Source: Macrostomum lignano
Taxonomy: Eukaryota
Length of the DNA: 64,000 nucleotides
Direction: 5' to 3'
Assembly (NCBI GenBank): GCA_002269645.1
Contig: NIVC01002241.1
Span: forward strand, 62,001 to 126,000
Shown here in pieces: positions 44,625 through 58,076 of this stretch. Numbering within the stretch: the first letter of the stretch is position 1; each line of letters starts with the position of its first letter. The notes below the pieces were generated by a model. It was not told where the DNA came from, searched no databases, and saw nothing but the letters and a program-made list of their open reading frames with translations. The position numbers and the translations under genes are program-made.

Positions 44625-45524
44625 AGCGTATAGTAGTCTTGGCTGTTTAAAACTAATCAGACAGGTCTAACGGATTGGGCTTTGGGTAGTTGTGGCAATG
44701 CCCCGTCATCTATTTATACTGAATTGTCCCAGATCTCACTTGCGCTTTGCATGACGGAATTCTGCTGCCTGTCTAGCAGCAGTAAACAGCCCCACCCCAC
44801 TCCACCCAGCAGCGCTTTCATGCACAACAGAAACCGCTGTACACTGGCCCGCCCCCCCCAACCTCCTGGCTTGGCGTACGGAGACGGAGGTGGGGTGGCT
44901 GTCGGGGTTCTCTTCTCTCACTCTGTCGCTCTGTCACGAAAACAAGAAACTAGATCTTTCTAGATAGTTCTTCAACGGAAGCCAAGCTAACCTTAAGAGA
45001 GGACAGTTCAATGTAGCGCATACTACTACAGAGTGAGAGGGGTTGTCGTAGCCATGCATCGCATTCACCAGATATTATCATTCACTCACTTCTTACGCTC
45101 GTACTAATTTTGACCCCCTCCCCAAATTGGTTCGGTAATTTTCCGAAATGGAATATTTTTTCGGATATAGTGTGCCTAAGTTGTTTACGCAATAAATATG
45201 AAACTTGCATTGGTGTTTCATCTTTAAAAAGATAAAACTACTACTGTAGCGACGAAAAGTTTGTACAAATTATTGTATGTTATTGCTCGCAGATCTATGT
45301 GCTTAATCAGCTAGTTGCAACTATCAGATTAGTGGGCCGGATTTTTGTGCCTGGAACTTGAATGCGGTGGCTCAGCTACCGCCCGCGAATATTTATTTTT
45401 ATTATACAACTATCAAATCTGTTTATTCAGCACCTGTATAGATGCATTTACCGACTTTGTGTTTGTCCAACGCCAATACAAGTGTATAACGTACATGTGG
45501 TTTATTCAGCGTTTCTGTAGTTTA

Positions 45525-47085
45525 TTTAGCGCCTCTGTAGTTTATTTAGCGCTTCTGTAGTTTATTTAGCGCCTCTGTAGTTTATTTAGCGCTTTTGTAG
45601 TTTATTTAGCGCCTCTGTAGTTTATTTAGCGCTTCTGTAGTTTATTTAGAGCCTCTGTAGTTTATTTAGCGCTTTTGCAGTTTATTTAGAGCCTCTGTAG
45701 TTTATTTAGCGCTTCTGTAGTTTATTTAGAGCCTCTGTAGTTTATTTAGCGCTTCTGTAGTTTATTTAGAGCCTCTGTAGTTTATTTAGCGCTTCTGTAG
45801 TTTATTTAGAGCCTCTGTAGTTTATTTAGCGCTTCTGTAGTTTATTTAGAGCCTCTGTAGTTTATTTAGCGTTTCTGTAGTTTATTTAGCGCTTCTGTAG
45901 TTTATTTAGCGCTTCTGTAGTTTATTTAGAGCTTCTGTAGTTTATTTAGAGCCTCTGTAGTTTATTTAGCACTTCTGTAGTTTATTTAGCACTTCTGTAG
46001 TTTATTTAGAGCCTCTGTAGTTTATTTAGCGCTTCTGTAGTTTATTTAGCACTTCTGTAGTTTATTTAGAGCCTCTGTAGTTTATTTTGCGCTTCTGTAG
46101 TTTATTTAGCGCTTCTGTAGTTTATTTAGCGCTTCTGTAGTTTATTTAGAGCCTCTGTAGTTTATTTAGCGCTTCTGCAGTTTATTTAGAGCCTCTGTAG
46201 TTTATTTAGAGCCTCTGTAGTTTATTTAGAGCCTCTGTAGTTTATTTAGCGCTTCTGCAGTTTATTTAGAGCCTCTGTAGTTTATTTAGCGCTTTTGTAG
46301 TTTATTTAGAGCCTCTGTAGTTTATTTAGCGCTTTTGTAGTTTATTTAGCGCCTCTGTAGTTTATTTAGCGCTTCTATAGTTTATTTAGCGCCTCTGTAG
46401 TTTATTTAGCGCTTCTGTAGTTTATTTAGAGCCTCTGTAGTTTATTTAGCGCTTTTGCAGTTTATTTAGAGGCTCTGTAGTTTATTTAGCGCTTCTGTAG
46501 TTTATTTAGAGCCTCTGTAGTTTATTTAGAGCCTCTGTAGTTTATTTAGCACTTCTGTAGTTTATTTAGAGCCTCTGTAGTTTATTTAGCGCTTCTGTAG
46601 TTTATTTAGCGCTTCTGTAGTTTATTTAGAGCCTCTGTAGTTTATTTAGCGCCTCTGTAGTTTATTTAGCGCCTCTGTAGTTTATTTAGTACTTCTGTAG
46701 TTTATTTAGCGCCTATGTTGTTTATTTGGCGCTTCTGTAGTTTTTTTAGCGCCTCTGTAGTTTATTTAGCGCTTCTGTAGTTTATTTAGAGCCTCTGTAG
46801 TTTATTTAGCGCTTCTGTAGTTTATTTAGAGCCTCTGTAGTTTATTTAGCGCTTCTGTAGTTTATTTAGAGCTTCTGTAGTTTATTTAGCGCTTCTGTAG
46901 TTTATTTAGAGCCTCTGTAGTTTATTTAGCGTTCTGTAGTTTATTTAGCGCCTCTGTAGTTTATTTAGCGCTTCTGTTGTTTATTTACAGCCTCTGTAGT
47001 TTATTTAGCGCTTCTGTAGTTTATTTAGCGCCTCTGTAGTTTATTTAGCGCCTGTGTACCAGCTAGTTTATTGAGCGACTCTGTA
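45525..47085. repeat. 20-bp minisatellite (TTTATTTAGCGCTTCTGTAG), about 78 copies
   Basis: Homogeneous tandem array. Confidence 0.97.
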
Positions 47086-47629
47086 GTTTATGTTGCAGTT
47101 TATAAATTTACAGTAAGTTTACAGTAAGTAAGTAAGTACATAGTTAAGCATCTCTTCAACTGATTGACTTATTTTGACAAAACTAAGCATTTAAATAAAT
47201 ATTATTAACAAGACTATAATATTACTAACACGGTGTTCTTTCTTAGATTTTTAAGCAGACAAAATAAAACTCTCATTTGGTTTCGACATTGCAGCGTCAC
47301 CGCGCATACGGTAGGTAAGGCCTGCAGTTCAGGTCCGCACTGAACTGGCCCAAGTCTGCTGTGTGGTGCAGAGTTCGCACTATCTAATATTGTTTTGCTT
47401 GTACCGACCTCCGATCAGGCCATAAGCCGTTGCGACGGCAAAGATCAACTCAACAGAATGGCGGGTGAGAGAGGGCTGGCATACTTACCCAAAAGAAATC
47501 AATTTCTAGATTTAATCCACTGCAGTCTGCCCCGGCGTTTCGTAAGGAAAAAGTTTTACAGTACGGATAAAGGACGCATGCAGAGCGGGCGTGAGTTTGT
47601 GCTCGAATAAACAGTGCCTGGACTCAACT

Positions 47630-48098
47630 GAATTTCATGTTAGTGACACTGGAACCAACTGAATTTCATGTTAGTGACACTGGAACCAACCGAATTCCGT
47701 GTTAGTGACACTGGAACCAACTGAATTCCGTGTTAGTGACACTGGAACCAACTGAGTTTCGTGTTAGTGACACTGGAACCAACTGAATTCCGTGTTAGTG
47801 ACACTGGAACCAACTGAATTCCGTGTTAGTGACACTGGAACCAACTGAATTCCGTGTTAGTGACACTGGAACCAACTGAATTCCGTGTTAGTGACACTGG
47901 AACCAACTGAGTTTCGTGTTAGTGACACTGGAACCAACTGAATTCCGTGTTAGTGACACTGGAACCAACTGAATTCCGTGTTAGTGACACTGGAACCAAC
48001 TGAATTCCGTGTTAGTGACACTGGAACCAACTGAATTCCGTGTTAGTGACACTGGAACCAACTGAATTCCGTGTTAGTGACACTGGAACCAACTGAAC
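47630..48098. repeat. 31-bp minisatellite (GTGTTAGTGACACTGGAACCAACTGAATTCC), about 15 copies
   Basis: Head-to-tail units, no spacers. Confidence 0.95.
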
Positions 48099-48623
48099 CA
48101 CGGGAAAATGAAACTGCAATGAACCGAATTCAAACTGGGCAAAGTAGATAAAGTTATGAGTATTTAAATGAAGTTTCCTATAAAGCATAAGAAAGTTACC
48201 TGCCTTTAGAGAATGACTAATCAATCAACAAGAATAGCAAGTAGCAACCCCACTTATGCTACTTACTAGTAGATAGTGGTATTAGGCAGCCAGAAAGAAG
48301 TTGAAAGTATGAGATGAGCATACTTTTGTGCACCTTATATAAATGTATATTTGAGAAATTAATATTCAAAGTCCGAAAAAAGCTTGCATTTTATAATTTA
48401 TAGCATACAATAAAAGGAATGCTAGACTAGAATCACGAGTTATTAGCAAAACAAAATTTGTCCACACTGTTCATGACGACACGAACCGGTTTATCACTAT
48501 TCTTCATCTCCACATTTGCACGCCTTCTAACCGCGCACAATTTGACCTCGAAATGTAAGCATACATACTTTGCTGGTAGTAAAGCAAATATTTTAATTCA
48601 ACAATGTTAAGCATTCTTTATTA

Positions 48624-48763
48624 TTAAGCTCGCTTCTCGGTGGAAACCTGAGGGTCTCCAACGCAGGAAAGCCTCAATCGTAGCAGAGCGTTGGCAAGAA
48701 ATGCGACGGGGTCCGAAGGGCGAGCGACGGCCAGTTCGAGCATGGCCTGGCCCAGGGCTACAC
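48624..48763 (-). CDS. NWD-like terminal exon encoding a Dpy-30 motif ([29 protein letters not shown])
   Basis: Matches the ALxxLxxxRPxDPxxFLAxxL Dpy-30/D-D consensus; phase-1 acceptor GGCAG|GT. Confidence 0.75.
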
Positions 48764-51700
48764 CTGCCATCCATTGAATTGAGTGGAATGTTAAACTGAG
48801 ACTGTTAGACTGATTGGACACTATAGGACTGGAGAAGCCTGAAGACTGGTGCTGGAACAGGGGAACCAAAGGACTTGTGCTGGTACAGGGGACCCAAAGG
48901 ACTCGTGCTGGGACAGGAGACCCAAAGGACTCGTGCTGGGACAGGAGAACCAAAGGACTCGTGCTGGGACAGGAGACCCAAAGGACTCGTGCTGGGACAG
49001 GGAACCCAAAGGACTCGTGCTGGGACAGGAGACCCAAAGGACTCGTGCAGTAACGGGGGACCCAAAGGACTCGTGCAGTAACGGAGTACCCAAAGGACTC
49101 GTGCTGGGACAGGGGACCCAAAGGATTCGTGCTGGGGCAGGAGACCCAAAGGACTCGTGCAGTAACGGGGGACCCAAAGGACTCGTGCAGTAACGGAGTA
49201 CCCAAAGGACTCGTGCTGGGACAGGGGACCCAAAGGATTCGTGCTGGGGCAGGAGACCCAAAGGACTCGTGCAGTAACTGGGGACCCAAAGGACTCGTGC
49301 TGGGACAGGGAACCCAAAGGACTCGTGCTGGGACAGGAAGCGGGGACGGAGCTCGGATACTATATAATCCCAGTAAAACTTCAAGAAACCCAATTACAAA
49401 TATTACAAATAACCAAGAAGCTCACGTAGACTGTCCAGTTGATTTTCGTAATCCATTTCATTGTGCGACAAAGAAGCCAGACTTTCGGCCGCTTCCATGC
49501 GCTGCACTGAATGCACTGTTGCTGTCGTCTCAGCGTCTTCGGGTGGTTCAACCAGACAGAACAGTTGTAGGGGCTTGTTTTGAAACAACACCAATAGGTC
49601 TCGGTCAGGCTGTCCGAAGATACAGAAGCCAAGAGGGCTGGTCTCGAACAGATAGTTGGCTAGTCGTGAGCCATCGCTGATGCGGTACACCTGTTTTAAA
49701 AAGCAGGTTGAGTAGTGCTCAATCGTGCACTGAGAGCTTCACTTCGGGAAAACTTCGAATTAATCGTAAAGGAAGTTGGTCCTTAGATACAAAGAACATG
49801 TGCTTTTTTTGGCCGAGGCAAAGCCGAGCCCTGGATGCGAGTCCGAAGCTTATGCTTTAGACCATACACTAAAATAAACGGAAATAATACAAGCGATATA
49901 TTTATACCCCGTTTGGCCATATTAACATTGTACGTTTTAACCATAGAGAAATTTTGATTTGGTGCAGTTCTCAAAAACGACTGTGCTGGGTATTCTTATT
50001 TGATCCAGCGTGCAAGAATGCTTTGGAAGTCGCCATATGCGTGCAGAAATGCAAGTGTCTATGGTAAAAGCACCTTGAATTTGCATGTGCACTCCGTGCA
50101 GGAATGTCAATCGTGCAAGAATGTAATGGGCAATGTTTCTATATTTAGCATAACAGCCATAGACTACAAGCATAATCTTCTTTCCATCGTGCAAGAATGT
50201 TCAGACTAGCTCGCGCATATTTTGTCTATGGTTCAAGTCTAACTCCACACCCCCAGCTTCACCCTTGTCTACTTTAGCCACACATGTTGGATTAAATAAG
50301 AATGGGAATTAAGCACTTTGACTTGTGCGTCTATGGCAAAAACCCTCCAGCTAGGCGCACTCGTAACACGATAAAAATGTATAAAAGCCAAGGACAACTT
50401 GATTACTCAGGACCGGAAACGAGCCAATTCATGGCGAAAAAAGTATGAGGCTCGTTTAAAAGCATTGTTCTATGGCCCATCCGTATGCTCATGCTTTCAG
50501 TTGCCAATGTATACTCGTATCATATTTGACTTTTTGATAGGCAGTCAGAAGGCGGGTGCAGGGTCGGTTTTCTTAAATGTTAAATAGTTTTATTACATAA
50601 AGTAAACGTCGTGAAAATACACAATGGGAAAGCTGTACATACAGCGCATGTATAAGGAAACTCGAGAAAAAGTTACGATTCTTTCTTCATCTCAATTTTC
50701 AGCACAGATTTCTTCGCTTTCGTAGCTCGTGATCGCGTATTGGCTGGAGTCATTTAATGCACGAGAAATATATATCGTGTTGCTTCGCGCACTCGTGACC
50801 AAGTATTGAATCCTATATTTAAGAGTGAGTAGTTGTCTTTATCTCTACTAAACCTTTTCTGTGACATTTTCGAGTTATTTGCATTGAATCACTTAGTTTA
50901 GTGTTGCTGAAGTCGAAGCTGTCTAAAGTGACTTGCCATTGGCACCCGCATCCGAGTTTGAGCAAGCGCGATCTCAACTACGTTCTTAAGTGTTTAATCT
51001 TAGAGATCCGAAATCAATGTGGTGATTGCTATGGCGCTTCTACGTTGAAGAATTATTTTCAGCATGCTGCAATAAATACTACTTGTTCAACCTATGTGGA
51101 AAGCCATGGAGCCTCTGGAAGGACGGGGAATTCAATGAGAGCCGACGTCTGAAGAGAAACTCTGGTCTGAGGGTGTGATTGGTAGTGATGTCCACGACAA
51201 CTGGTGAGTTCTGTGATTTAGGGGGTCAATGTGGAGTTGTGCGGGTTGATTGTCTACTTTAATTGAGTTGATCTGTTACGACTTTTAGCTGTCAAGCCAA
51301 AAAAACTGGTTAACAACTGCTCGCGTTCTAAAACATTATAATCTTTTGCTTGTACATGCATGTATTTCTTTGGGTACTTTCCTAAAATAAAATAAAATAA
51401 AATAAAATAAAATAAAATAAAACTGGTGCCCAATTCCTATTACTGTTAGTAAAAAATAAAGCAAGAAATCCATATTATTAAAATTAGCTTTTTAGATTTG
51501 ATTTTTTGTCTTCTCTTCCATAGACAACATTTTATCGACTTAACTAGACTTACGAATCGCGTAAGTCACGCAAAGTCTAAGCGAGTTTCGAGAAACTGGC
51601 TTAGTATTGATCTTTCGGAGAGCGTAAAGTTCTAACTTAAGATCGAACTTACCATAGAAATTACGCAATTTTCGAGAAAGACCCCCCTGTCCTGAGCTAC

Positions 51701-54700
51701 GGTCGAGTACTGATTATTCTCAGAAATATTTCAGCAATGTTATGCAGATCATTCACCTGAACACAACGCGGTGGCAAAATAGCGAATGTGCCCTCTTCTT
51801 TTTCGTTGGCACTAATTTTTGCAAACGCGGCAACGTTGACCTCGTACGATGGAAAGAACAGCTGGCCAACAAGAAGACTTTCGTCGCGAGTGACCTGTAA
51901 TTTTTCGTGAGGGAAATTGTGTAAACAAACCTATTGCTCGTAGTAGAAGTTACGAAAGGAATGCTTTAAATTTTTAAGACTTCTAACCTTCAGCTGCAGA
52001 AAGTGCAGCTCCTCATCCGGCCGGATACAGCGAATCACGTCTCCTGCCATGTAGTCCACAATCTGCAGCTTGTAGTTCACCAGGTGCTGGTTGTCGCTCA
52101 GAAATGCAACTGAAGGCCCCATATCGAAGTATTTACTGTTGCGCTGACACAAGCTCGACTGCGGTATTGACGTTTCGCCATACTCCAATCGGATGACAAA
52201 GCCAAGCCATATGGACGGCACGCCAACTCCGGTGCGAATCAGCTTGGCAGCCTGTTCCTTTTGCGAGATCGCCAGGTTCAAAATCCGTTGCTCTGCAACG
52301 AACTGGATTTCGATGCAGCTAGTTCTGTTGCGCAGGTAGTACTGAAAGAACTTATTGATTTTCGACTGCCTTTCCCCAGTAGTCAGATTGTAAAGGCTCA
52401 GTTCCTTGTTACTTTCATCCGCTGTTTGAGCTCGGTTTCTAGCGGCAGGCCTGAGCTCGTTGGCAATTACGTAATTAAACACGCTTAGAAATTGATCGGA
52501 AAATGGATGCTCCGCTTCAAGGTTTTCCAAGTTAATTTTGCTTTGCTCTCCGGAAAACGTTTCTAGATTAATAGTCGAAACAGCAACATCATATGATAGA
52601 AAGCTTTTATTGAAAGTCATTGACATCAATAGTTTTCTCGATTCGTCAACAAAAATTAGAGGCGAATCGGAATAGAATTGCGAAATTGGTGTCGACGTAA
52701 ATATCAAACTGCTGTACTCGCGCAACGGCGCTGATGTCACGTGACGATTCTCAGTCCCATCCGAAGCCTTGGTGACTAGCACGGTGAATTCTAGGTCTTC
52801 TAAAAACTTCTTGGGCTCCTCAATGGCGCAGGGTTCTGGCTTCACATCTGGTTCCTGAATCTGCTGTGAAACAGAAAGCACGTTCTCAAGCTGGCAGTTG
52901 GGCAGGACCAGAATCACTTTGCCTTGATTGGACGATTTTCTGACCAGCTCAACTCGCGGCTCATCAATAAGAACTCGCACAAAGTCTGCCTGGCCTGCGG
53001 CACCGACACGACTGACTTCCAGAGACTCGGAGTCCAACAGCAGCGTATCTTTTGGTTCCTCGCCGAGGACTTCTATCTTGCGAGGCTCTCCGGCAACTTT
53101 GGCACAGCAGGACCAGGCGAACCGGTGGGTGAACAATGGCAGGGTCATGCCACCCTGCTCAACTGGCTGATTTTCCTGATTAAAGACTCCCAGATTGTAG
53201 ACCTTCAATGAGATGTTCATGCTGTCAGGAAAGTTGGGAAAGTAGCAGATAGTCATGAACTCAGTGCCCTTGGGTTGACCGCACAGAATTCCCTCAGCTG
53301 CGCCATCCTTGATTCCGTGCAACAGCTGGCCAGTTTGCACTGACCAAACTAACAGTAAAGTTTGGAATTCGTTGGTCACCAGCAGTTTTTCATTCTCTGT
53401 GAAGCATGCACGCATCGATTTGCCGAACTTTTTGAGCGACTTTGAGAATCTGCTCAGATTGTCATCAATGCGGAGCTCAACCGCTCGCTTTGAGTGACAT
53501 TCGTAGATGTAGCCTCTGCGCATGGAGGGCGTTTGACTGGAACTTTCAGTTTTATTTGTTGACATCTCAATAAAAAATGCGATTCGATTCATAGAGGCGC
53601 TGCGAATGCATTGCGTCGATTTCGAAAGAAATCTCGAGCCGGTGTCTACAATATAGGTCGGCCGCAGAGCCTCAGCACATGTGCAGAATGTCACTAGTAT
53701 AGTGCACTCGGTCAGCTCGGCACTGTGCACCGACAGTAGTGCTACGACGCTGCCGTCTGGGGCTAAACAGCAACAGCCCAATGCTATGTGAGTCGCCTGG
53801 TGCAGCAGATCGATTAGTCCTGGATTTCGTGGCCGTTGACTGATGTCGGATGGCGAACAAATAGCCTCGAGATTCGACTTGTCTACAGATCGGAATATAT
53901 CGAGCAAGTCTCCGCTCAAAACTGCTCCAGTCTTCAAGTTTTTGAACAGTAAAAAGGTGGATTTCGACTTTTTGGTGGAAATTCCAACGCAGATACGGTC
54001 TTGCTCTGGGTCCAGGTATTGCCGTCCGAAAGATGAGGGCACTAAAACCTGATCATCCAAAAGGGGAACTAGAATATTGTCTTTTATTGACAATAAACTC
54101 ACGTCGATGCTAGTATCTGATTGGCTTTTCCCAAGGAGGATGTAGTTCTCCGTGACTATATGAATATCTTGAATGCTTAGTTTGTGTGGTCGAGCCAGAG
54201 ACATCAACTTGGTAGCTTTTCCATTAATAAAGTCTAGGCGAACAACATCGTACTGTTCTGAATCTGAACCAGAGCCCTGGGCAGATTCTACTTCCTCCTC
54301 ATCTACCGGCATGTTTTTATCCCGCAAAGCAATCACAGTTGCCACGCAGTCCTCTGACACGGGCACGTTGCCCTCTGCGAGGTACTTTAAACTAACTGCA
54401 AAGTTGTAGTTGCTTGGAAAACGCTTAATCTCATTTCCCTCGATATCGTAAAACGTGATGTCGTTATTAATGAGCGAGAAGGCCGCCACCTGACCATTCG
54501 GAAGCATGATGCCTAGTCCAAGACCCAGATCGAAACTGGAGTAGAGAACTCCAGACCCGGAGTCGAAGCACTGCACTTTCGGGATGAGGCAGCAGTTGCT
54601 GAGAGCCTGTTTCGACTGGCGACACTGGTTGAGCAGCAGCTTCACTCGAGGACAGTCCTTCTCGTACATGATGAGCCGACCGATGAGATCAACGCTCAGA

Positions 54701-57700
54701 TTGACAGGGTCGTACACGAGACTCTGAGCGGAGAGTCGGATTGCATTGTACACGAGCTCGGCCTCTTTGGTGTACTCGACTCCGAGCTTCTGCGGGAGGT
54801 CGAGGTCTCTCAGCAGCAGGTACCGAGACGTGCCCTTCAGCTTGTTGAACATGAAGTCGTAGTCAAACACAATGTAGTCGTAGAACTCGTTCACTCGACC
54901 GGACTTGATGAGGTGCCACGGCAGCTCGTTCAGCTTTCGCAGGTTGTACTGAGCAGTGCCGTCCTCATCTTTGCGGAGCACGAATGGCTGCTCGGGAACG
55001 GCTCGATCCTCCATTGAGAACTCGGGCAGGTTCTGGAGGGGAGCAGTGAGAACGCATTGAAGGCGTTTCAGAGAGCAGATCAACTGCAGCGGTCATCACT
55101 TACGAGCTTCTTGCGCAGATAGGCTGGGTACACGAACTTCTTTCTCCTGCCGCTCCACAGACCCAAGAAGTAGTCTGCCATGATGGAGTGAATGTCCCGT
55201 CTGGTCTTTTCGTCCGACAAGAAGTACTCCTGAGCCACCTCGATGAACTGTCGGTGGTACCAGAACTCTACCCGGATGTTGTCCGCCTCTCTCTCGACCA
55301 GGTAAGAGCCAATGTCGTGACGAAGTCGAGCCCAGCAGATCGGCGGGATGCGGATGAAGGGCGGCAGGTGATGCTGAAACACGTCAATGAGGACGGCGTC
55401 ATCCAGACTGAGCAGATCCTCCAGCTCCGACTCTGACAGTCCGTTTCTCGATGCAGTGATGAATGCCAGGGCGTGAGATGTCTGGAAAATCAAATCCAAT
55501 CACTGTAGATAAGTGGATAGTAGTGGGTTATTCTCACTAGCCTGGGCTACTGTAACTAACATGAAGTACTTACAAACAGCCTGCCGTGCTTCAACTCGAG
55601 TTTCTCGAACAGCTGAAATATTGCCTGACGAACGGTGTAGCGCAGAGACGACTCATCTACCTGTTGGTAAGAGCGCCATCTCAGAACCTCGTGGTACAGC
55701 AGGTGAACATAGATTGGCAGTGAGCACTTGGAGAATGCCTGCTCGACCAGAGCCCATTGCTGCTCGTTCAGAGTGCGACCTTGTTCGCTGAGCAGCGCCG
55801 ACAAAATGCTGGTGCACAGACTGGTCTCCAGTGGCGTCACCTCTACGTAGAAGTCTGGGTTCGGCAGTTTCCCTTTGAATGTCTTCAGCAAGTCGAACAT
55901 GTTGGGCAGCGTGGACACAACCATCTTCACGTTGGCAGGCAATGGCGTCCGCACCCACGTCAGATGGTAGGCACCGTCAGAGCTGTCCAGCTGATCAACA
56001 CTGTCAAGGAACACCAAGATTCTCCTGAACTGGCCCATGCGTTCGAGCATGGAGTAGAAGGTGTTCAAGATCTCCTTGAAGTCGTCGAGCAACTGGCACT
56101 TTTCCTGGTCGTCCTCGTTGCCGAACACAGCGAGCTGACGGCACAGGTACTTAAGTGTCTGTCGAATGCTCGACGTACCGGGACTGGTACCGAGGAATCG
56201 CAGCAGCACGATGGCATCTTTGGAATCGGACTCTGGCAACCAGCTTCGCACCAGACTGGCGGCCTTGCCAAGAAGAGAGGTCTTGCCGCTGCCCGAGTCG
56301 CCGTACACCACCAGAGGCTCCGTTGTGTTGCTCGCTTGCACATAAGCCTTCACCTTGTCGATGATCTCTTGCCGACCCTGGAACTTCTTCACGTAGTTGA
56401 CGCACGCAGTCGAGTGCTGCAGCACCTCTGAATAGAGATCGTCGGATCGGAGCCGCATGCTCTCCCGCACGGATTCGGCCACAAGTCGCTGAACTTCACA
56501 GCAATAGTCATTACCGAAGCGCTCTAGATAGTTTTCTTTCGAGTCCAAACTTGCGCCATCGTGATCGTCGGTCCATTCGAGCGAGTATTTAAATGCATTT
56601 GAGCTGGGCAATCTAGTTAGAACACTTTCATTGAGTTGCTTTACCATCTGGTTCACAGTGGGGTTAATAACCTTCACTGGCTTGCCAGCTTCGTCGACAG
56701 AATCCATTAGGTCGATAAACTTAAACAGCTTGCCGCGGGACAGATCGCGCTGCGTCTCCAGATTGGAGTACTCCCTGACAAATGCCAGCGCCTGCGCCAG
56801 CCTCTTCTCGGGCATTGACAAAATTCCATTTAGAATCTCCGTCTCCGTGACCGAAGCGGTGAGTTTCTTCATTTGCATCTGCGAAATTTGGCCGCATTGG
56901 AAGCAGAGCTCGGCGCCTCTCCGCATCAAGTCAATTAGGCGATCGCTCACAGCTGCCCAGCTCTGATGAGCCTTTCTAAGAAACTCCTTATCGGTCTAAA
57001 AAGTTTCGGTAGAGATCACGCTCGTATTTAAACGATTATAGCAACAAGCAAAACACACTTCGTTTGCTCATTTGATCAAGAACCATGAAGAAAAATCACT
57101 TAATTCTACTAAAATGCTAAACAACACCACTAATATTGAATATGTATATGCTGCTTAATGCAGAAATGAGCGAAATAGATCGCGAACTCGGCACTGAGAC
57201 TCAAGCAGGGGTGTCTCATTTCCCTGGAAGGTGGAGTTGATTTCTGTAAGGTCACATCTCATAATTTTTGGTATAAAATTCGTGTTGGCCAGTACCGTTT
57301 CCTTGGAATAGCTTATTTACCTATAAATTTGTGACCGAAGTTCGTACTACTTATCCACTTTTTCCACAATAATTCGTGTTAATTTTTACAGGTACTATAA
57401 AGTATCCACAGCTCACCGCCTCAGCCGGTGTCGCAATGGGCTTCAGCACGCAAACCGGCGGCTGACTGTTGACGTCAATGGCGTACCAGTCCCGCAGACA
57501 GGACACGTCCTGGCCATCGGCTGTAAGAGCCGAAATAATCTTTTCAAAGGTGTCAGTCTCCACTGTTGCAGCTGGCGGCTGATTGCCATACCGTTGACCG
57601 AGCAGGCAAATAAAATAGGGGCCGGCTGACGTCAGCAGGGCATTCTGGATCTCCTGGTAGCAGATTTCCGGACCCCGATGATCTAGTTGAACATCGTCGC

Positions 57701-58076
57701 CTACGCCCCAGCGCATGTCGATGGTGTGAAATTCCAGTCCGTAGGTGTCTCTACAGAACCTTTTCAGCCGGGGATTGACGCGCTGCATGAGGTAGTTGCG
57801 CTCCGCCGACATGTCGGAGAAGGTCGACGATAGAAAGATGCGTACGACGCGGCTATTCTCAGGTGGCACGTTGGCCAAGTCGCCGAGCATAACGCCTTGG
57901 TAGCTCGGACTGGCGGCCAGGCGCGTGCCAGGTAAGTCTCCATCGCCTGCTAGTTTGAGGATCTTTGACGAGTGCCGGTGAAGCAGTGGATTTCTGGCGA
58001 CTGTCTGCGATGGCTGAGCCGTCTGGTGGTTTTTTGAGGTGACTGCTGAGCTGTCGGCATCATCTGAGGATTTCAT
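48624..58076 (-). CDS. NACHT and WD40 repeat protein (NWD1/NWD2-like) with C-terminal Dpy-30 motif: join(complement 57417..58076, 55574..56995, 55104..55481, 51988..55032, 51757..51894, 49426..49690, 48624..48763), about 2015 aa
   Basis: DUF4062-type N-terminus ([19 protein letters not shown]...DMRWG), Walker [15 protein letters not shown], Walker [12 protein letters not shown], post-NACHT [15 protein letters not shown]...WYHRQF and [13 protein letters not shown], long beta-rich region; all six introns GT-AG with compatible phases, total 6048 nt. Confidence 0.88.
48850..49335. repeat. 28-29-bp repeat (GGGACAGGAGACCCAAAGGACTCGTGCT) in the last NWD intron
   Basis: Tandem units with a duplicated ~115-bp variant block. 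Confidence 0.92.
49426..49690 (-). CDS. NWD-like exon 6 ([16 protein letters not shown]...LDSL)
   Basis: Acceptor AAAACAG|GTG, donor C|GTGAGC; WD-like end. Confidence 0.7.
51385..51423. repeat. (AAAAT)n microsatellite
   Basis: About 7-8 perfect units. Confidence 0.9.
51757..51894 (-). CDS. NWD-like exon 5 ([14 protein letters not shown]...PPRCVQ)
   Basis: Acceptor AATTACAG|, donor CAG|GTGAAT; 46 codons, phase 0/0. Confidence 0.65.
51988..55032 (-). CDS. NWD-like exon 4 (helical region plus divergent WD40/beta-propeller)
   Basis: 1015 uninterrupted codons; acceptor CTCCAG|AAC, donor AAG|GTTAGA. Confidence 0.88.
55104..55481 (-). CDS. NWD-like exon 3
   Basis: Acceptor TTTTCCAG|, donor CTC|GTAAGT; 126 codons. 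Confidence 0.9.
55574..56995 (-). CDS. NWD-like exon 2 (NACHT NTPase)
   Basis: Acceptor TTTTTAG|ACC, donor TTT|GTAAGT; Walker A/B motifs. Confidence 0.92.
57417..58076 (-). CDS. NWD-like exon 1 (DUF4062-like)
   Basis: ATG with upstream in-frame stop; donor GCG|GTGAGC. Confidence 0.88.

Noticed and set aside
47478-47500. ATACTTACC resembling the U1 snRNA 5' end
   Set aside because: Downstream sequence does not continue as U1; it is just a minus-strand GGTAAGTAT donor-like motif.
47630-48098. 31-bp (and 33-bp at 8.4 kb) repeats as CRISPR arrays
   Set aside because: Units are contiguous with no unique spacers, no cas genes, eukaryotic context.
51090-51210. Possible extra NWD exon
   Set aside because: Exon 5 joins exon 6 directly in phase with a sensible WD-like sequence; this candidate ends in phase 2, which does not fit.
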